A stretch of 64,000 nucleotides of DNA from Deltaproteobacteria bacterium (GCA_947490345.1 CANLGL010000006.1:52699-116698), one strand, 5' to 3'; numbered from the stretch's first letter, positions 31,701-41,271 are shown. The notes: a model not told the origin generated them from the letters alone. Program-made: numbers and translations.

Positions 31701-31968
31701 CACGATGGGCGGCGCGCGGCACCTGGGCCTCGACCAGGACATCGGCTCCATCCGCGAAGGCAAGGTCGCCGACCTGTTCATCGTGCAAGGCGACCCGCTC
31801 ACCAACCTCGCCGCCGCCCGCGAGGTGCAGTGGGTCATGAAGGATGGCGTGCTCTACGACGCCGCCACGATGGACCGGCTGAGCCCACGCCCGCAGGCAC
31901 GCAATGCGCTCATCTGGGAGGTGGCGCGCAAGGCGATGGACACCGCGACGCCGGTGCAGCGGCCGTAG
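28768..31968 (+). CDS. Secreted PD40/TolB-like beta-propeller + amidohydrolase
   Basis: Repeated SPDG motifs; PGLIDVHAH, VKSY, SIEH, GAHGQ and GSIREGKVADL. Confidence 0.92.
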   Translation: MLTTLIALYSAVFAEEPATPEWDIAAAHGPGKDVNFSTREGTWMGVDVSPDGGFVLFDLLGDIYEVPLIGGVARRITSGNAWDTDAHYARDSHRIAFTSDRGGNENLWTMKLDGTDARALTEDKVDRWTDPVWAPEAGWLLGRKRMVDTRSIGIQELWLIHEEGGTGTQITSLDVDPHAGEAAFSPDGRYLWFSTRSGRFEYDQNVHHGLWQLVRYDRELGERTVMTSLSEGATRPTPSPDGRSLAFLTRDRANTVLMVMDVATGRMRRIADGLDKDAMEAFELRGTYPRMDWTPDSRQIVYWAGGTLWRVDASSLARAQIPFQATVELRVADSVHPARRVEDGNVHAKVIRWPAEAPDGTVYAAALGRIWAIGRDGKSRGLTAEAETAYFPSLSADGRTLSYVTWSDIAGGQVWSGPVGRASQITRTRGDYQSPALSRDGTTLVFLRGTGATVVGNDLGAEAAYDLMLAPASGGDGVRLRSIPFRGSNSRAPRLQWSADGARIYWIEDESPEPRKHEKTVLKSCDRLGHDVRIHLRVDGAQEIRVSPDGRWVAYKHQHQAWLAPMPALGSVTIDAASLPARKLTGVAGDWLDFAGSKVTWSHADRFYSLDTAGVLKKDAKELPKPEERALDVTAPRLVGQGTIAFTNAHILTMDDAGEIDRGTVVVRDRRIVAVGADVLPPDGAQIIDVHGATLLPGLIDVHAHLHYASGDVFPEQEWRHLVNLAYGVTTVFDPSAATDLVFGQAELVESGRMAGPRTLSTGFILYGADDTQGAKIETYEDAEAHVRRLMRYGAWGVKSYQQPWRRQRQWIVEACRKLGILDVPEGGGDLFMNMTMVLDGHSSIEHALPVAPVYADVKSLWASSGTTYVPTLLVAYGGVTGEVSWFQRERIWEDARLARLTPPDVLMSRGYRLGINIRDDQEFHHRTVAADAAALQRLGVNVALGAHGQLQGLGPHWELEDLGGRGAMTAGQALMAATMGGARHLGLDQDIGSIREGKVADLFIVQGDPLTNLAAAREVQWVMKDGVLYDAATMDRLSPRPQARNALIWEVARKAMDTATPVQRP

Positions 31969-32001
31969 GCGCGGACGGGCGGGGGTCGGTTACGCTGCCG
32001 C

Positions 32002-33278
32002 ATGCGGATCACTTCCGTCGAGATCGAGAACTTTCGGAGCATCGGCAAGCTGACGATGCGAGACCTGGGCCCTTTCGTTGTGCTCTACGGGCCCAACGGG
32101 GGCGGGAAGTCCAACATACTGAGGGCGATCGACTGTGGGATGGAGGCGTTCGCCGCCGTGATCGGCGCGCCAGGGATCCGCGCGATTCAGCCTACGCTTG
32201 ACGACCTACGCCTGGGAGCGGAGACGATCAAGGTGACGCTCGAGATCGAGGTGGAGCCGGTGACTGCGACGTCAGGCCAGCGCGTCGTTGGCTTGGCGAC
32301 GACGACCAGCTGGCCGCGATCCGATGGGCCCATGGCACCCAAAACCACGGTCCGAATCATCGACGAAACCGTGCGAGGACCCGACCCAACCTTTGGAGGC
32401 GCACCCGCCAAGGCTTCGAACCGGAACTCGCGAGGGCGTTCCTGACGGCCGCGGGAAATTTCTCCCGCCTCGACGACGTCCGCTCTTTCGTCCACCGCCG
32501 CACCAACGCCGACGGAAACGCCGCGTTCTCTCTGGATGTACTCCAACTGCTGGCCGCCGGCCGGGTAGAGGAGGCCGTCGCTCGGGCCGGGACCAGCGGC
32601 GATGACCGGCTGCAGGAGGCGTTCGAGCGCCTGCGCACCTTGCTCTCGCAGCCGCCGCTGAACCTACCCCGCATCGAAGCGGTCGTGCCCAACAACGAGT
32701 ACCGGCTTCGCCTGCGAGTCGACGACGGTGACAAGCGGAGAACCATCCCCGCCTCGCTGGCGAGCTTGGGCGAGCAGCAGGTGATCAGCCTCCTTGGCGC
32801 CGTTCTGTTCAGCGGAAGGCGCTGTGTTGCGCTGGAAGAACCCGAGGCGCATCTGCACGCACCGACGACGGGTCGCGCGCTCCGTGAGGTGCTGCGGAAC
32901 CTCGTCCGGGACGTCGATCTCGATCAACTCTTCGTCGCGACCCACAGCAATCTGTTCGACCTCGACAACACCGGCTTCTGGTCCGTGTTCCGCGATGCAA
33001 CTGGCACCGTCGCCATCCGCGAGAACGAGCTCGGAAAGATCGACGCCGACCACCTCTTCGAGCCTGGGCCGGCCAAGCGGGTGCTGCAGGACATTCTGAG
33101 ACTGGGCGACCCCGAACAGGTCGTCGCGAGTGGCGCGGATGGAGCGCCGATCACAGCGCGGGAGATGCTCACCCACCTGCAAGAGGACACGGCGCTGGGC
33201 GTCAAGTACGCCTCCGAGCTGAGCCGCGCCGCAGCGCGGATGTTCGTGCGCGAAAAGCCGAAGCTCGGCGAGGGCTGA
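32002..33278 (+). pseudogene. ABC-type (AAA_15/AAA_21, OLD-like) ATPase split by a frameshift near 32380-32410
   Basis: N-terminal IENFRSI...GPNGGGKSN lies in one frame; SLGEQQ, LEEPEAHLH and ATHS lie in another frame that is open back to at least 32340. Confidence 0.75.
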
Positions 33279-33355
33279 CTTGGAGGCTCGTGTCGCCGCC
33301 GGAGCTGCCGCTGAGTGACGACGTCCCAACCGATCAGAATCCCTCCGACCAGGTA

Positions 33356-34459
33356 CTAGAACGGCCCCTGGACACACTCGGGCATGATCTGAAGCGAGGT
33401 GCGCGCGGCTTCGTCGATGGGCGTCGCCTCAGCGTCGAGCAGGATGGCGCTCCACCCTACAGTCCCACTCGCGAAAAGCATCGAGGTCGCCTGCGCAAGT
33501 TCGGTGGGCGCGGGCCGCCACAACATCGCGACCGGGGTGGTGCCTGAGCAGGCGGCGTTCTGGCGTGTGTCGTATGGGTCCCAAGCGCCGTCGCCGTTTT
33601 CGTCGAGGTAGGTGTGGGGCACCTCGATCGCGGCGACCGCGCCGATGATCGCGGGCTCCCAGATGCGATCAGGGGCGGGCTCGCCGCTCTGGGTGAGGCT
33701 CCAGGTCGCTTCCAGCGGCTGGTCCAGCAGCATGGCTGGGAGGCCGGTGCCATCGAAGAGTTGGCCCGAGGCGAGCAGCAGGAACATGCCCTCGGTGTCA
33801 CCCGCATAGGTGCCGCTGAGCGTGACCTCGTTGATCGGGGCCAGGCTGGCGGGCAGGGGGATGGCGGCGATGGCGCCCAGGGCAATGCTGCCGTCGGCGC
33901 CGAAGGCCATGGTGTTCCAGCCTTCCACCAGCCCGATGGAGGCCGCGGCCGCGGAGATGTCCCCGGTCAGAAAGACCGGCCACTCCAGCCCGACGCCTAG
34001 GTAAGGATCGTCGCCGTCATGCGCGCCGTCGCCCCCGACGTCCCGATACAGGGACGGGACGAAGATCGCGAGGAACATGCCGGGGGAATCGACGGGATCG
34101 ATCTCGAAGAGCAGCGACGCATCCGGCGTCGGCCCGGTGACATCCACGTGTTGAGTGGGCGCGGCCGCGTCGAGGAAGGCGTCGCCGAAGACCAGCGGAT
34201 CCAGCCCGATCGAGACCGGATCGAGCCAACGGAGCTCGATCCGACTGCCGGCGTAGTCGCCATGGAGGTCGAAGCCCAGCGTGGTGGTCGGCGTGCCCGT
34301 GTCGGCGGTGTCGCCCGTGTCTGCGGTGTCGCCGGTGTCGGTGTCGCCGGTGTCCGCGGCGGTGTCGCCGGAGTCGGTGCTGCCGCCGGAGTCGGTCCCG
34401 GTGCCGGTGTCGCAAGCGGCCAGCGCGAGGGCGCCGAGAATGGAAAGTCGCATGTTCAC
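33356..34459 (-). CDS. Hypothetical lipoprotein with DTG-repeat linker and an internally duplicated domain
   Basis: LAAC then DTGDTA repeats; YRDVGGDGAHD...GW and YLDENGDGAWD...GW halves. Confidence 0.75.
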   Translation of the reverse strand: MNMRLSILGALALAACDTGTGTDSGGSTDSGDTAADTGDTDTGDTADTGDTADTGTPTTTLGFDLHGDYAGSRIELRWLDPVSIGLDPLVFGDAFLDAAAPTQHVDVTGPTPDASLLFEIDPVDSPGMFLAIFVPSLYRDVGGDGAHDGDDPYLGVGLEWPVFLTGDISAAAASIGLVEGWNTMAFGADGSIALGAIAAIPLPASLAPINEVTLSGTYAGDTEGMFLLLASGQLFDGTGLPAMLLDQPLEATWSLTQSGEPAPDRIWEPAIIGAVAAIEVPHTYLDENGDGAWDPYDTRQNAACSGTTPVAMLWRPAPTELAQATSMLFASGTVGWSAILLDAEATPIDEAARTSLQIMPECVQGPF

Positions 34460-34499
34460 TCCAGGAGGGTGATGGTGTGCCGCAGCCTATCCTGGTCGA

Positions 34500-35843
34500 T
34501 CACGCCGGCGCCGCCGCGCTGACGACGCGCATCGCCGGCTCCAGGAACCACCGTCGCGACCGCCAACGCCACAGCAGCACCACCAGCAACAACACGAGCT
34601 CGCCCGTCAAGCCCAACCAGGCGCCCACCGCGCCCAAGTGGGCGTACCGTGCCAGCAGCACGCCGACAGGCAGCTTCACGAACCAGGACAGCGTGAGGCT
34701 GGCCACGAGGGTGAAGCGGGTGTCGCCGGCGCCGTCGAGCGAGAAGTAGGTCACGGTCGCGACCGCATCCACGAGCTGGAACGCCGCGGCGATCCAGAGC
34801 AAGTTGCGGGCGATCGGCACCACTTCAGGGGCCGCGCCGAACGCGGAGATCAGCAGGTGAGGCGCCAGCACGAAGCCGAGCCCACCCAACGCCATCACGA
34901 CGATGGCGGTGACCGACCCGGCCCGCCAAGCGGCGTGCGCGTCGTCGGCGTTCTTGGCCCCGACGGCTTGTCCTACCAGCACCGCGGTCGCTTCTGCGAT
35001 CGCCAGCCCCGGCAAGAAGCTGAGCATCAACACCCGGATCGCGATCACATGCGCGGCCAGCTCCACGTCGCTTATCGACGCGAGCACGCCCGTGAGCAGG
35101 GTCCACGCGAAGATGTCCAGCAAGCGCTGCACCCCGATGGGGAGGCCCAGACGGAAGCTCTCGGCCAATAGCGCCCGATGGGGACGCCATCGCACCCGGC
35201 GCAGTGTGGGCCACGCCGCCCGGAACAGCCAGAGGGCGGAAACGGAGAGCGAGATCACCCCGGCCCATGCCGCGCCCCGGATGCCCAGGGCGGGGATGGG
35301 GCCCGCGCCGCTCACCAGCACCGCGTCGAGGGCGACACAGAGCAGGTTGGCGGTGACGTTTGCGGCCATGGGGGTGCGGGTGTCCCCGCGCCCCTCGAAC
35401 CAGGCGGTGAAGGCCATGACCAATAGCGCGATGGGGGCGGCGTAGACGCGGACCGTGAAGTACGCGAGCGCCTCTTCCCGAACAGCCGAGGTTGCCCCGA
35501 GCAGGTGGAACATCGGCGATCCAAGTGGCGAGGCGATCACCACCGCAAGCCCTGTGCCCAGTGCGAGCCACACGGCCTGCCAGCCGAGCACCTCCACGGT
35601 GGACGATCGCTCGGCACCCGTGGCTTGTGCTGTCGCGACCCGGAGACCGCGCACGAGCCCCATGGGCAGCCCGATGAACAAGAACGTGCCGGTTACGGCG
35701 AGGCCGATGGCGGCGAGGGGAATGGTGCCGAGGCGACCGACGAAGATCGCGTCGGCGGCGGACATGAGCGAGTAGCTCATCATCGAGATCATGACGGGCC
35801 ATGCGAGGCGCAGGATGCGCAGGGGCCCAGAGAAAAAAGACAT
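34500..35843 (-). CDS. MATE family efflux transporter
   Basis: LRLAWP, D.IFVGRLG, GRGDTRTPM, GIRGAAWA, VGQAVGA and GAGDTR motifs. Confidence 0.95.
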   Translation of the reverse strand: MSFFSGPLRILRLAWPVMISMMSYSLMSAADAIFVGRLGTIPLAAIGLAVTGTFLFIGLPMGLVRGLRVATAQATGAERSSTVEVLGWQAVWLALGTGLAVVIASPLGSPMFHLLGATSAVREEALAYFTVRVYAAPIALLVMAFTAWFEGRGDTRTPMAANVTANLLCVALDAVLVSGAGPIPALGIRGAAWAGVISLSVSALWLFRAAWPTLRRVRWRPHRALLAESFRLGLPIGVQRLLDIFAWTLLTGVLASISDVELAAHVIAIRVLMLSFLPGLAIAEATAVLVGQAVGAKNADDAHAAWRAGSVTAIVVMALGGLGFVLAPHLLISAFGAAPEVVPIARNLLWIAAAFQLVDAVATVTYFSLDGAGDTRFTLVASLTLSWFVKLPVGVLLARYAHLGAVGAWLGLTGELVLLLVVLLWRWRSRRWFLEPAMRVVSAAAPA

Positions 35844-36187
35844 GACGACCTCGCGCGCGGCGAGAGAGGGGCCCGGGATGCGGGCGGAGCGTGCACACGG
35901 GCACGCCGGGAGAACGCCCGGTCAGGGGCGGAGTTCCACCGTTAGCGGCAGAACGTCAAACGCGCGGATTCGTGCCCTTTGGGGGACACCCGGTGCCGAC
36001 TACGACACCCACCGCGGCGCTTCGCTGGCAGGGGATGGTGTCGTACATCGGAGCTCCGGGACGGGGGGGTGCGCTGCGTTTGTAGTCACGGCGCCCCGGC
36101 ACCGTCAACAGCTTTGTCACGGGATGTCGCGGCGCACCCGAACCCGACGCACGCCACCGCGGTTACGCTCGGGGTCGAGGACGCCCC

Positions 36188-37936
36188 ATGGCCCGACTCA
36201 GCCGCTACTTCGAGACCTTCCGCGACCCCGACGGCGAGTACAAGATGCGGGTCTTCACCGACGGCCACGCGGTCCTGCGGCTGGCGGCGACCAACAAGGG
36301 ATTGGCATTTTCAGAGGAAGAACGGATCGAGTTCAAGCTCGACGGGCTGTTGCCACCCCAGGTCGCGACCCTGGAGCAGCAGCTGGCGCGAACCCGCGCC
36401 GCGTATCTTTGCGAGCCGACGCCGATCGCCCGGTATCAGTACCTGCGCGGTCTGCAGGAGCGCAACGAGCTGTTGTTCTACGCCCTCTTGCAGGACCACC
36501 TCGTCGAGATGTTGCCGATCATCTACACCCCCACCGTCGGCGAGGCGGTCCAGAAGTTCTCGGCGCTTTTCCAGAACTCGCGCGGCCTGTCGCTCTCGCC
36601 CGGGAACGTCGATCGTGCCCACGAAGCCGTCGACAACGGCTTCTACGACGACGTGCGAATGATTGTCGCGACCGATTCCAGCGCCATCCTCGGCATCGGG
36701 GATCAGGGCTACGGGGGGCTGGCCATCCCGATCGGGAAGCTCTCGTTGTACACCGCCGGCGGTGGCGTCAGCCCCTACCGCACGCTCCCCGTCGCGCTTG
36801 ACGTCGGCACCGATCGCGCCGATCTACGCGAGGACCCCGACTACGTGGGCGTGCGCCAACCGCGCCTGAAGGGTGAGGCCTACCTCGACTTCATGGACAA
36901 GTTCGTGGACGCGATCAAGGCCCGCTACCCCCGGACGATCCTGCAGTGGGAGGACCTGTCCAAGGACACCGCGTTCACCGTGCTCAAGCGCTATCGGCAT
37001 CGTATTGCGTCCTTCAACGATGACGTCCAGGGCACCGGTGCCGTCGCGCTTGCGGGGGTGATCAACGCGTGCAAGCTCCGCGGCCAACGGCTGTCCGAGC
37101 AGCGCATCATCGTCTACGGCGCCGGCGCCGGCGGCGGCGGGGTGGCGATGGCGATGCACGAGGGGCTGATGCGCGACGGGCTCAGCTCTGAGGCCGCTTA
37201 CGCACGGTTGTTCGTGCTCGACTCCAAGGGGCTCTTGCTCCAGAGCCGCGAGATGGAGGACTACAAGCGCCCCTTCGCCAAGTCGGCAGCCGAGCTTGCC
37301 GGGTGGACCCTGGCCAGCGGCACGCCCAACCTCGAGGAGACGATCATCGGCAGCGGCGCGACGATCCTCCTCGGGCTCAGCGGCGTGCCCGGCTCCTTCA
37401 CCGAGGTGCACGCCCGGGCGATGGCGGCCAACACCGACCGCCCGGTCATCTTCCCGCTGTCCAACCCCACGACTTCGTGCGAGGCGACCCCCGAAGAGCT
37501 CCTCCGCTGGACCGATGGCATGGGCATCGTCGCCACCGGGAGCCCGTTCCCTCCGGTGCGCCTCTCCACTGGCGAGGAGGTGCCCGTCGGCCAGGGCAAC
37601 AACGCCTTCATCTTCCCGGGGCTCGGCTTCGGCGCCATCCTCGCCAACGCCACTCAGGTGACCGACGGCATGGTCATGGCCGCGTCCGTCGCGCTCGCCG
37701 AGTACACCGAGCAGCACCACCTCGCCAACGGGCTGGTCTACCCCCCGATCGGCGAGCTGCAGGAGGTGTCGATCATCGTCGCCGCGCGGGTCATCGCGCA
37801 GGCCTTCGCCGATGGGGTCGCGACCACGACGAAGCTCACCCCCGAGACCGCCGAGACCTACGTGCGGGAGCACTTCTGGCGGCCGAGGTACCTGCCGTTC
37901 GTGCGGGGGACGGGGCGGCGCGCGACGGACGAGTGA
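36188..37936 (+). CDS. maeA: NAD-dependent malic enzyme
   Basis: PIIYTPTVG, ILGIGDQG, FNDDVQGTG, GAGAGG, LSNPT and QGNNAFIFPG motifs. Confidence 0.95.
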   Translation: MARLSRYFETFRDPDGEYKMRVFTDGHAVLRLAATNKGLAFSEEERIEFKLDGLLPPQVATLEQQLARTRAAYLCEPTPIARYQYLRGLQERNELLFYALLQDHLVEMLPIIYTPTVGEAVQKFSALFQNSRGLSLSPGNVDRAHEAVDNGFYDDVRMIVATDSSAILGIGDQGYGGLAIPIGKLSLYTAGGGVSPYRTLPVALDVGTDRADLREDPDYVGVRQPRLKGEAYLDFMDKFVDAIKARYPRTILQWEDLSKDTAFTVLKRYRHRIASFNDDVQGTGAVALAGVINACKLRGQRLSEQRIIVYGAGAGGGGVAMAMHEGLMRDGLSSEAAYARLFVLDSKGLLLQSREMEDYKRPFAKSAAELAGWTLASGTPNLEETIIGSGATILLGLSGVPGSFTEVHARAMAANTDRPVIFPLSNPTTSCEATPEELLRWTDGMGIVATGSPFPPVRLSTGEEVPVGQGNNAFIFPGLGFGAILANATQVTDGMVMAASVALAEYTEQHHLANGLVYPPIGELQEVSIIVAARVIAQAFADGVATTTKLTPETAETYVREHFWRPRYLPFVRGTGRRATDE

Positions 37937-37943
37937 TTCGGGC

Positions 37944-37994
37944 TGGTTCCACCTCCCGGTGGCTGGGGGGCGTCGCGAGCCAGGGCCGGCGGCG
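37944..37994. repeat. 51-bp dispersed repeat, copy 1
   Basis: 48/51 identical to 50900-50950 by manual alignment. Confidence 0.85.
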
Positions 37995-38007
37995 ATTGCG
38001 GGCCGGC

Positions 38008-38100
38008 GCGGCGCCACCCCGGGCTACGCTCCAGCGCTCCACCGCGAGCCGCCCATGCGCATCCTGAACCTGCTCGCCCGCCTGCAACCCGAACACGCCC
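38008..38100 (+). repeat. 93-bp direct repeat, copy 1 (duplicated 5' end of the DUF1003 gene)
   Basis: 91/93 identical to 38954-39046; gives the mini-ORF MRILNLLARLQPEHAPPPHLAAVL (38055-38129). Confidence 0.95.
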
Positions 38101-38137
38101 CACCGCCCCACTTGGCGGCGGTGCTATGATCGGGGCG

Positions 38138-38704
38138 ATGTCCGAAGCCCGTCGAAAGGCGACCTACGCCGACCTCCTCGCGCTCCCCGACCACCTCGTC
38201 GGCGAGATTCTCGCGGGAGAGGTGGTCACCAGCCCGCGCCCGGCGACGCCGCACGCCCGCGCGTCAACCATCGCGGGTGGCGAGCTGGCCACTTCCTTCG
38301 ATCGGAAACCCGGCGGCCCGAGGGGACCCGGCGGCTGGTGGATCCTCGACGAGCCGGAGCTGCACCTCGGCGAGGAGGTGTTGGTGCCCGATCTCGCCGG
38401 CTGGCGGCGGGAGCGGGTTCCGGAAGGGTTGGGGGGCGCGGCCCTCACCGTCGTTCCCGATTGGATCTGCGAGGTGCTCTCCCCGGCCACCGGGCGCCAC
38501 GACCGGCTCCGGAAGATGCCGGTGTACGCGCGGCACCGCGTCGCGCACGCCTGGCTCATCGAGCCGATCCAGCGCACCCTGGAGGTCTACCGCCTTCAGG
38601 GCGAACACTGGCTGCTCACCGCGGCGTTCGGCGACGAGGAGTTCGTGCGCGCCGAGCCGTTCGAGGCGATCGAGGTCGAGCTTTCGCGCTGGTGGTTGGA
38701 GTGA
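38138..38704 (+). CDS. Uma2 (DUF820) family PD-(D/E)XK endonuclease
   Basis: ATYADLLALP, PRP...H, LVPDLAGWRRER, PDWICEVLSP, DR..K...Y and WLIEP motifs. Confidence 0.93.
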   Translation: MSEARRKATYADLLALPDHLVGEILAGEVVTSPRPATPHARASTIAGGELATSFDRKPGGPRGPGGWWILDEPELHLGEEVLVPDLAGWRRERVPEGLGGAALTVVPDWICEVLSPATGRHDRLRKMPVYARHRVAHAWLIEPIQRTLEVYRLQGEHWLLTAAFGDEEFVRAEPFEAIEVELSRWWLE

Positions 38705-38953
38705 TCGGCATCCCGTCCGTCGCGCTCCCCGTCACGGGCCAGCAGCCGCGTCAACAGCGGCCACGCGGCAGCGAGTGAGCGGAGGGCTCCGCCCGTAGGC
38801 TGCGAGCCCCGGCGAGCGCGGCGCCGAAGGCGGCCGCCGAGCTGATCCCGAGCAGGGCGACACCCGCTCACCGAGCGCCGTGGGCGCCACAGCGAGCTGG
38901 GCAGGTCGGGCACTGCGAACGCTACGGGAACACGCTCGCCCATCGCCGCCGAT

Positions 38954-39046
38954 GCGGCGCCACCCCGGGCTACGCTCCAGCACTCCACCGCGAGCCGCCC
39001 ATGCGCATCCTGAACCTGCTGGCCCGCCTGCAACCCGAACACGCCC
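38954..39046 (+). repeat. 93-bp direct repeat, copy 2
   Basis: See copy 1; spans the upstream region and the first 15 codons of the DUF1003 gene. Confidence 0.95.
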
Positions 39047-39576
39047 AGGTCATCGCGCCCCCGCCCGAACCAGCGCGCCCGATCTCGGCGGCCGTCGCCC
39101 ACAACATCGCCACCCTGCGCGCCCTTCGCCACGCGGCCCTCGCGTCGAGGAGCGCTGAGGCGCGAGCAGCGGACACGATCACCGCGTTTTCGGGGAGCAT
39201 GCCCTTTCTCTACTTGCACGCCGCATGGTTCGGGGTCTGGATGGTGCTCAACGTCGGCGCGCATCCGCTGGTCGGCTTCGACCCGTACCCCTTCGGGCTG
39301 CTTACGATGATCGTCTCCTTGGAGGCGATCTTCCTTGCGACCTTCGTCCTGATCTCCCAGAACAAGCAGGGCATCGCCGCCGACCGTCGTGCCGAGTTGG
39401 ACCTTCAGATCAACCTGCTTTCCGAGTACGAAATCACGCGCATGCTGCGGTTGGTCGACGCGATGGCGGAGAAGTTGGGGGTGGCGGAGGCCTTCGACCC
39501 CGCCTTGGACGACCTGGAAACGGACACCCAGCCCGAGGAGGTGCTGCGGAACCTGCAAGGCGGCGATGGCCCGTAG
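39001..39576 (+). CDS. DUF1003 domain membrane protein
   Basis: FDPYPFGLLTMIVSLEAIFLATFVLISQN...DLQINL.SE.E. Confidence 0.9.
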   Translation: MRILNLLARLQPEHAQVIAPPPEPARPISAAVAHNIATLRALRHAALASRSAEARAADTITAFSGSMPFLYLHAAWFGVWMVLNVGAHPLVGFDPYPFGLLTMIVSLEAIFLATFVLISQNKQGIAADRRAELDLQINLLSEYEITRMLRLVDAMAEKLGVAEAFDPALDDLETDTQPEEVLRNLQGGDGP

Positions 39577-40047
39577 CGGCGGAGCCGACAGCGCGTAGCC
39601 TCACGCCGCCCACGCCCAAAGCCACCGACGCGGGCAAGCACCTGATGGCGGGCCGTCGGGAGCACCCTGCGATCCACGTGGTCGGGGGGGCGGTCGGGGG
39701 CACACTCGGGGCCACTGACCGGTCGCGACCGACTCTCGACGGAGTCCCGCTTCGGCCAACCGCGATCAGCTCTCGGGAGCTAAGGTGCACGGTTGCCTGC
39801 GAGTGGCCCGGCACCAACGATTGGGGCTTTGCCTCGACGTGCGGGGCTTACCCCGCCGGGAGCCCACTGGAGAAGTCGGCCGTCGGCACCGGGATGTAAG
39901 GGCCGTCACCTGCCACGGTGACCCGCGCGCTCGTGCAACTGCCCAGCGGCAGCCTGCCGCAAGGTGTCGGGCTCACATGCGCAAAGTTCAGCGCCGTCTC
40001 CCTGCTGGATCACGGCACGCCCTGGTCGGTGCAGGTCACGATTCCGC

Positions 40048-41271
40048 TCACCCTGTAGTGCCCACCCAAGCCACCGAAAAGGTCCCGCCCCACGTCGTCG
40101 CGTAGGTCTTCACCTGCACCGGCCGCCCGCGGAGCGAGGCATCGCCCGCGGGCAGATACCCCGACGGGTACAGCACCCCCGCGCGCGCATCGCCGACCCA
40201 GCGGACGCCATCCCCGTACGCCTCCACCATCTGCTCGGCGCCATCGATGTCGAGGAGCAGTTGCCCCCCCTCCCGGCGCAGCCCGCGCAGGGTCCCATTC
40301 TGGACGCCGACCAGCGGCGCCTCCACCCGGGGCTCCGTGGAGCGTGCGAAGGCGACGCGCGGTCCCAGATCCACGGCGGGCGCGCCGACCCTGGCGCCGC
40401 CTAGCATCGTGACAGCCGGAGTGAAGCTGTACAGCAGGCGGCGCATCACCACGGGACTGGTCGCGACCGGAATCAGCTCCCCGCGCTCGTGCCGAAAGCG
40501 GCGGCCGCCCAGGTACCAGCCGACGCTCTCGTCCCGAGGCTCGTCGGCGTCTTCCCACTCGGTCGCGAGTACATCGCAGCGACTTCCCGACTGAAGCAGC
40601 GAGCCGACGCCGAAGTTGTCGGCGCGGAACTGGGCGCCCGGCGTGCCGTCGTCATCGACCACCAGCGCGGTGCCGTGCGTCAGGCCGACGTCGCTGGTGT
40701 GGGTGCGCCATGACACGACCGTCTCCAGCGCCGGGTCGCCATCGAGTTGAACGCGCACCCCGACCAACGAGCGCGCGCTGCGCGCCGGCTCGATCACCGC
40801 GTCGGGAGCGAACCAGAACGGGTCCGTGCCAACGATCGGCAAGCCGACCGCTGCCCTCCCCGGCTGGGTGACGACCAAGGCCATGTCGTCTCCCCCACAG
40901 GCGCACACCGCCCCGCCGCGCCCGGTGTCCACGCACGCGGCGTCGTCACACCCGCTCAACGAGGCCGTCCGAACCGGCACCGGGGCCATCGCACAGGCGG
41001 CCATCGTCGGCCCTGCGGAGATCCGCGCGACCTCGGGAAGCGTGGTGTCGCGGGTGTCCACGCGCAGCTTGTCGCCGGCGAGGACGTAGTCGGGATTTCG
41101 GATTCCGTTGGCCCGCGCCAGCGCAGGGTACCCGCCAGGCACGTCGTAGGCCATCGCCACGCCCCACAGGCTGTCGCCGAAGGCCAGGGTGTAGATTCGC
41201 TGGGTTGGGCCCGCGTCGCGGAAGCTGTTGACGGGAACGCAGGACGTGACCAGGAGCAGGAGGGAGAGCAT
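40048..41271 (-). CDS. LysM-domain lipoprotein
   Basis: YTLAFGDSLWGVA...LARANGIRNPDYVLAGDKLRV after a VTSC lipobox. Confidence 0.82.
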   Translation of the reverse strand: MLSLLLLVTSCVPVNSFRDAGPTQRIYTLAFGDSLWGVAMAYDVPGGYPALARANGIRNPDYVLAGDKLRVDTRDTTLPEVARISAGPTMAACAMAPVPVRTASLSGCDDAACVDTGRGGAVCACGGDDMALVVTQPGRAAVGLPIVGTDPFWFAPDAVIEPARSARSLVGVRVQLDGDPALETVVSWRTHTSDVGLTHGTALVVDDDGTPGAQFRADNFGVGSLLQSGSRCDVLATEWEDADEPRDESVGWYLGGRRFRHERGELIPVATSPVVMRRLLYSFTPAVTMLGGARVGAPAVDLGPRVAFARSTEPRVEAPLVGVQNGTLRGLRREGGQLLLDIDGAEQMVEAYGDGVRWVGDARAGVLYPSGYLPAGDASLRGRPVQVKTYATTWGGTFSVAWVGTTG

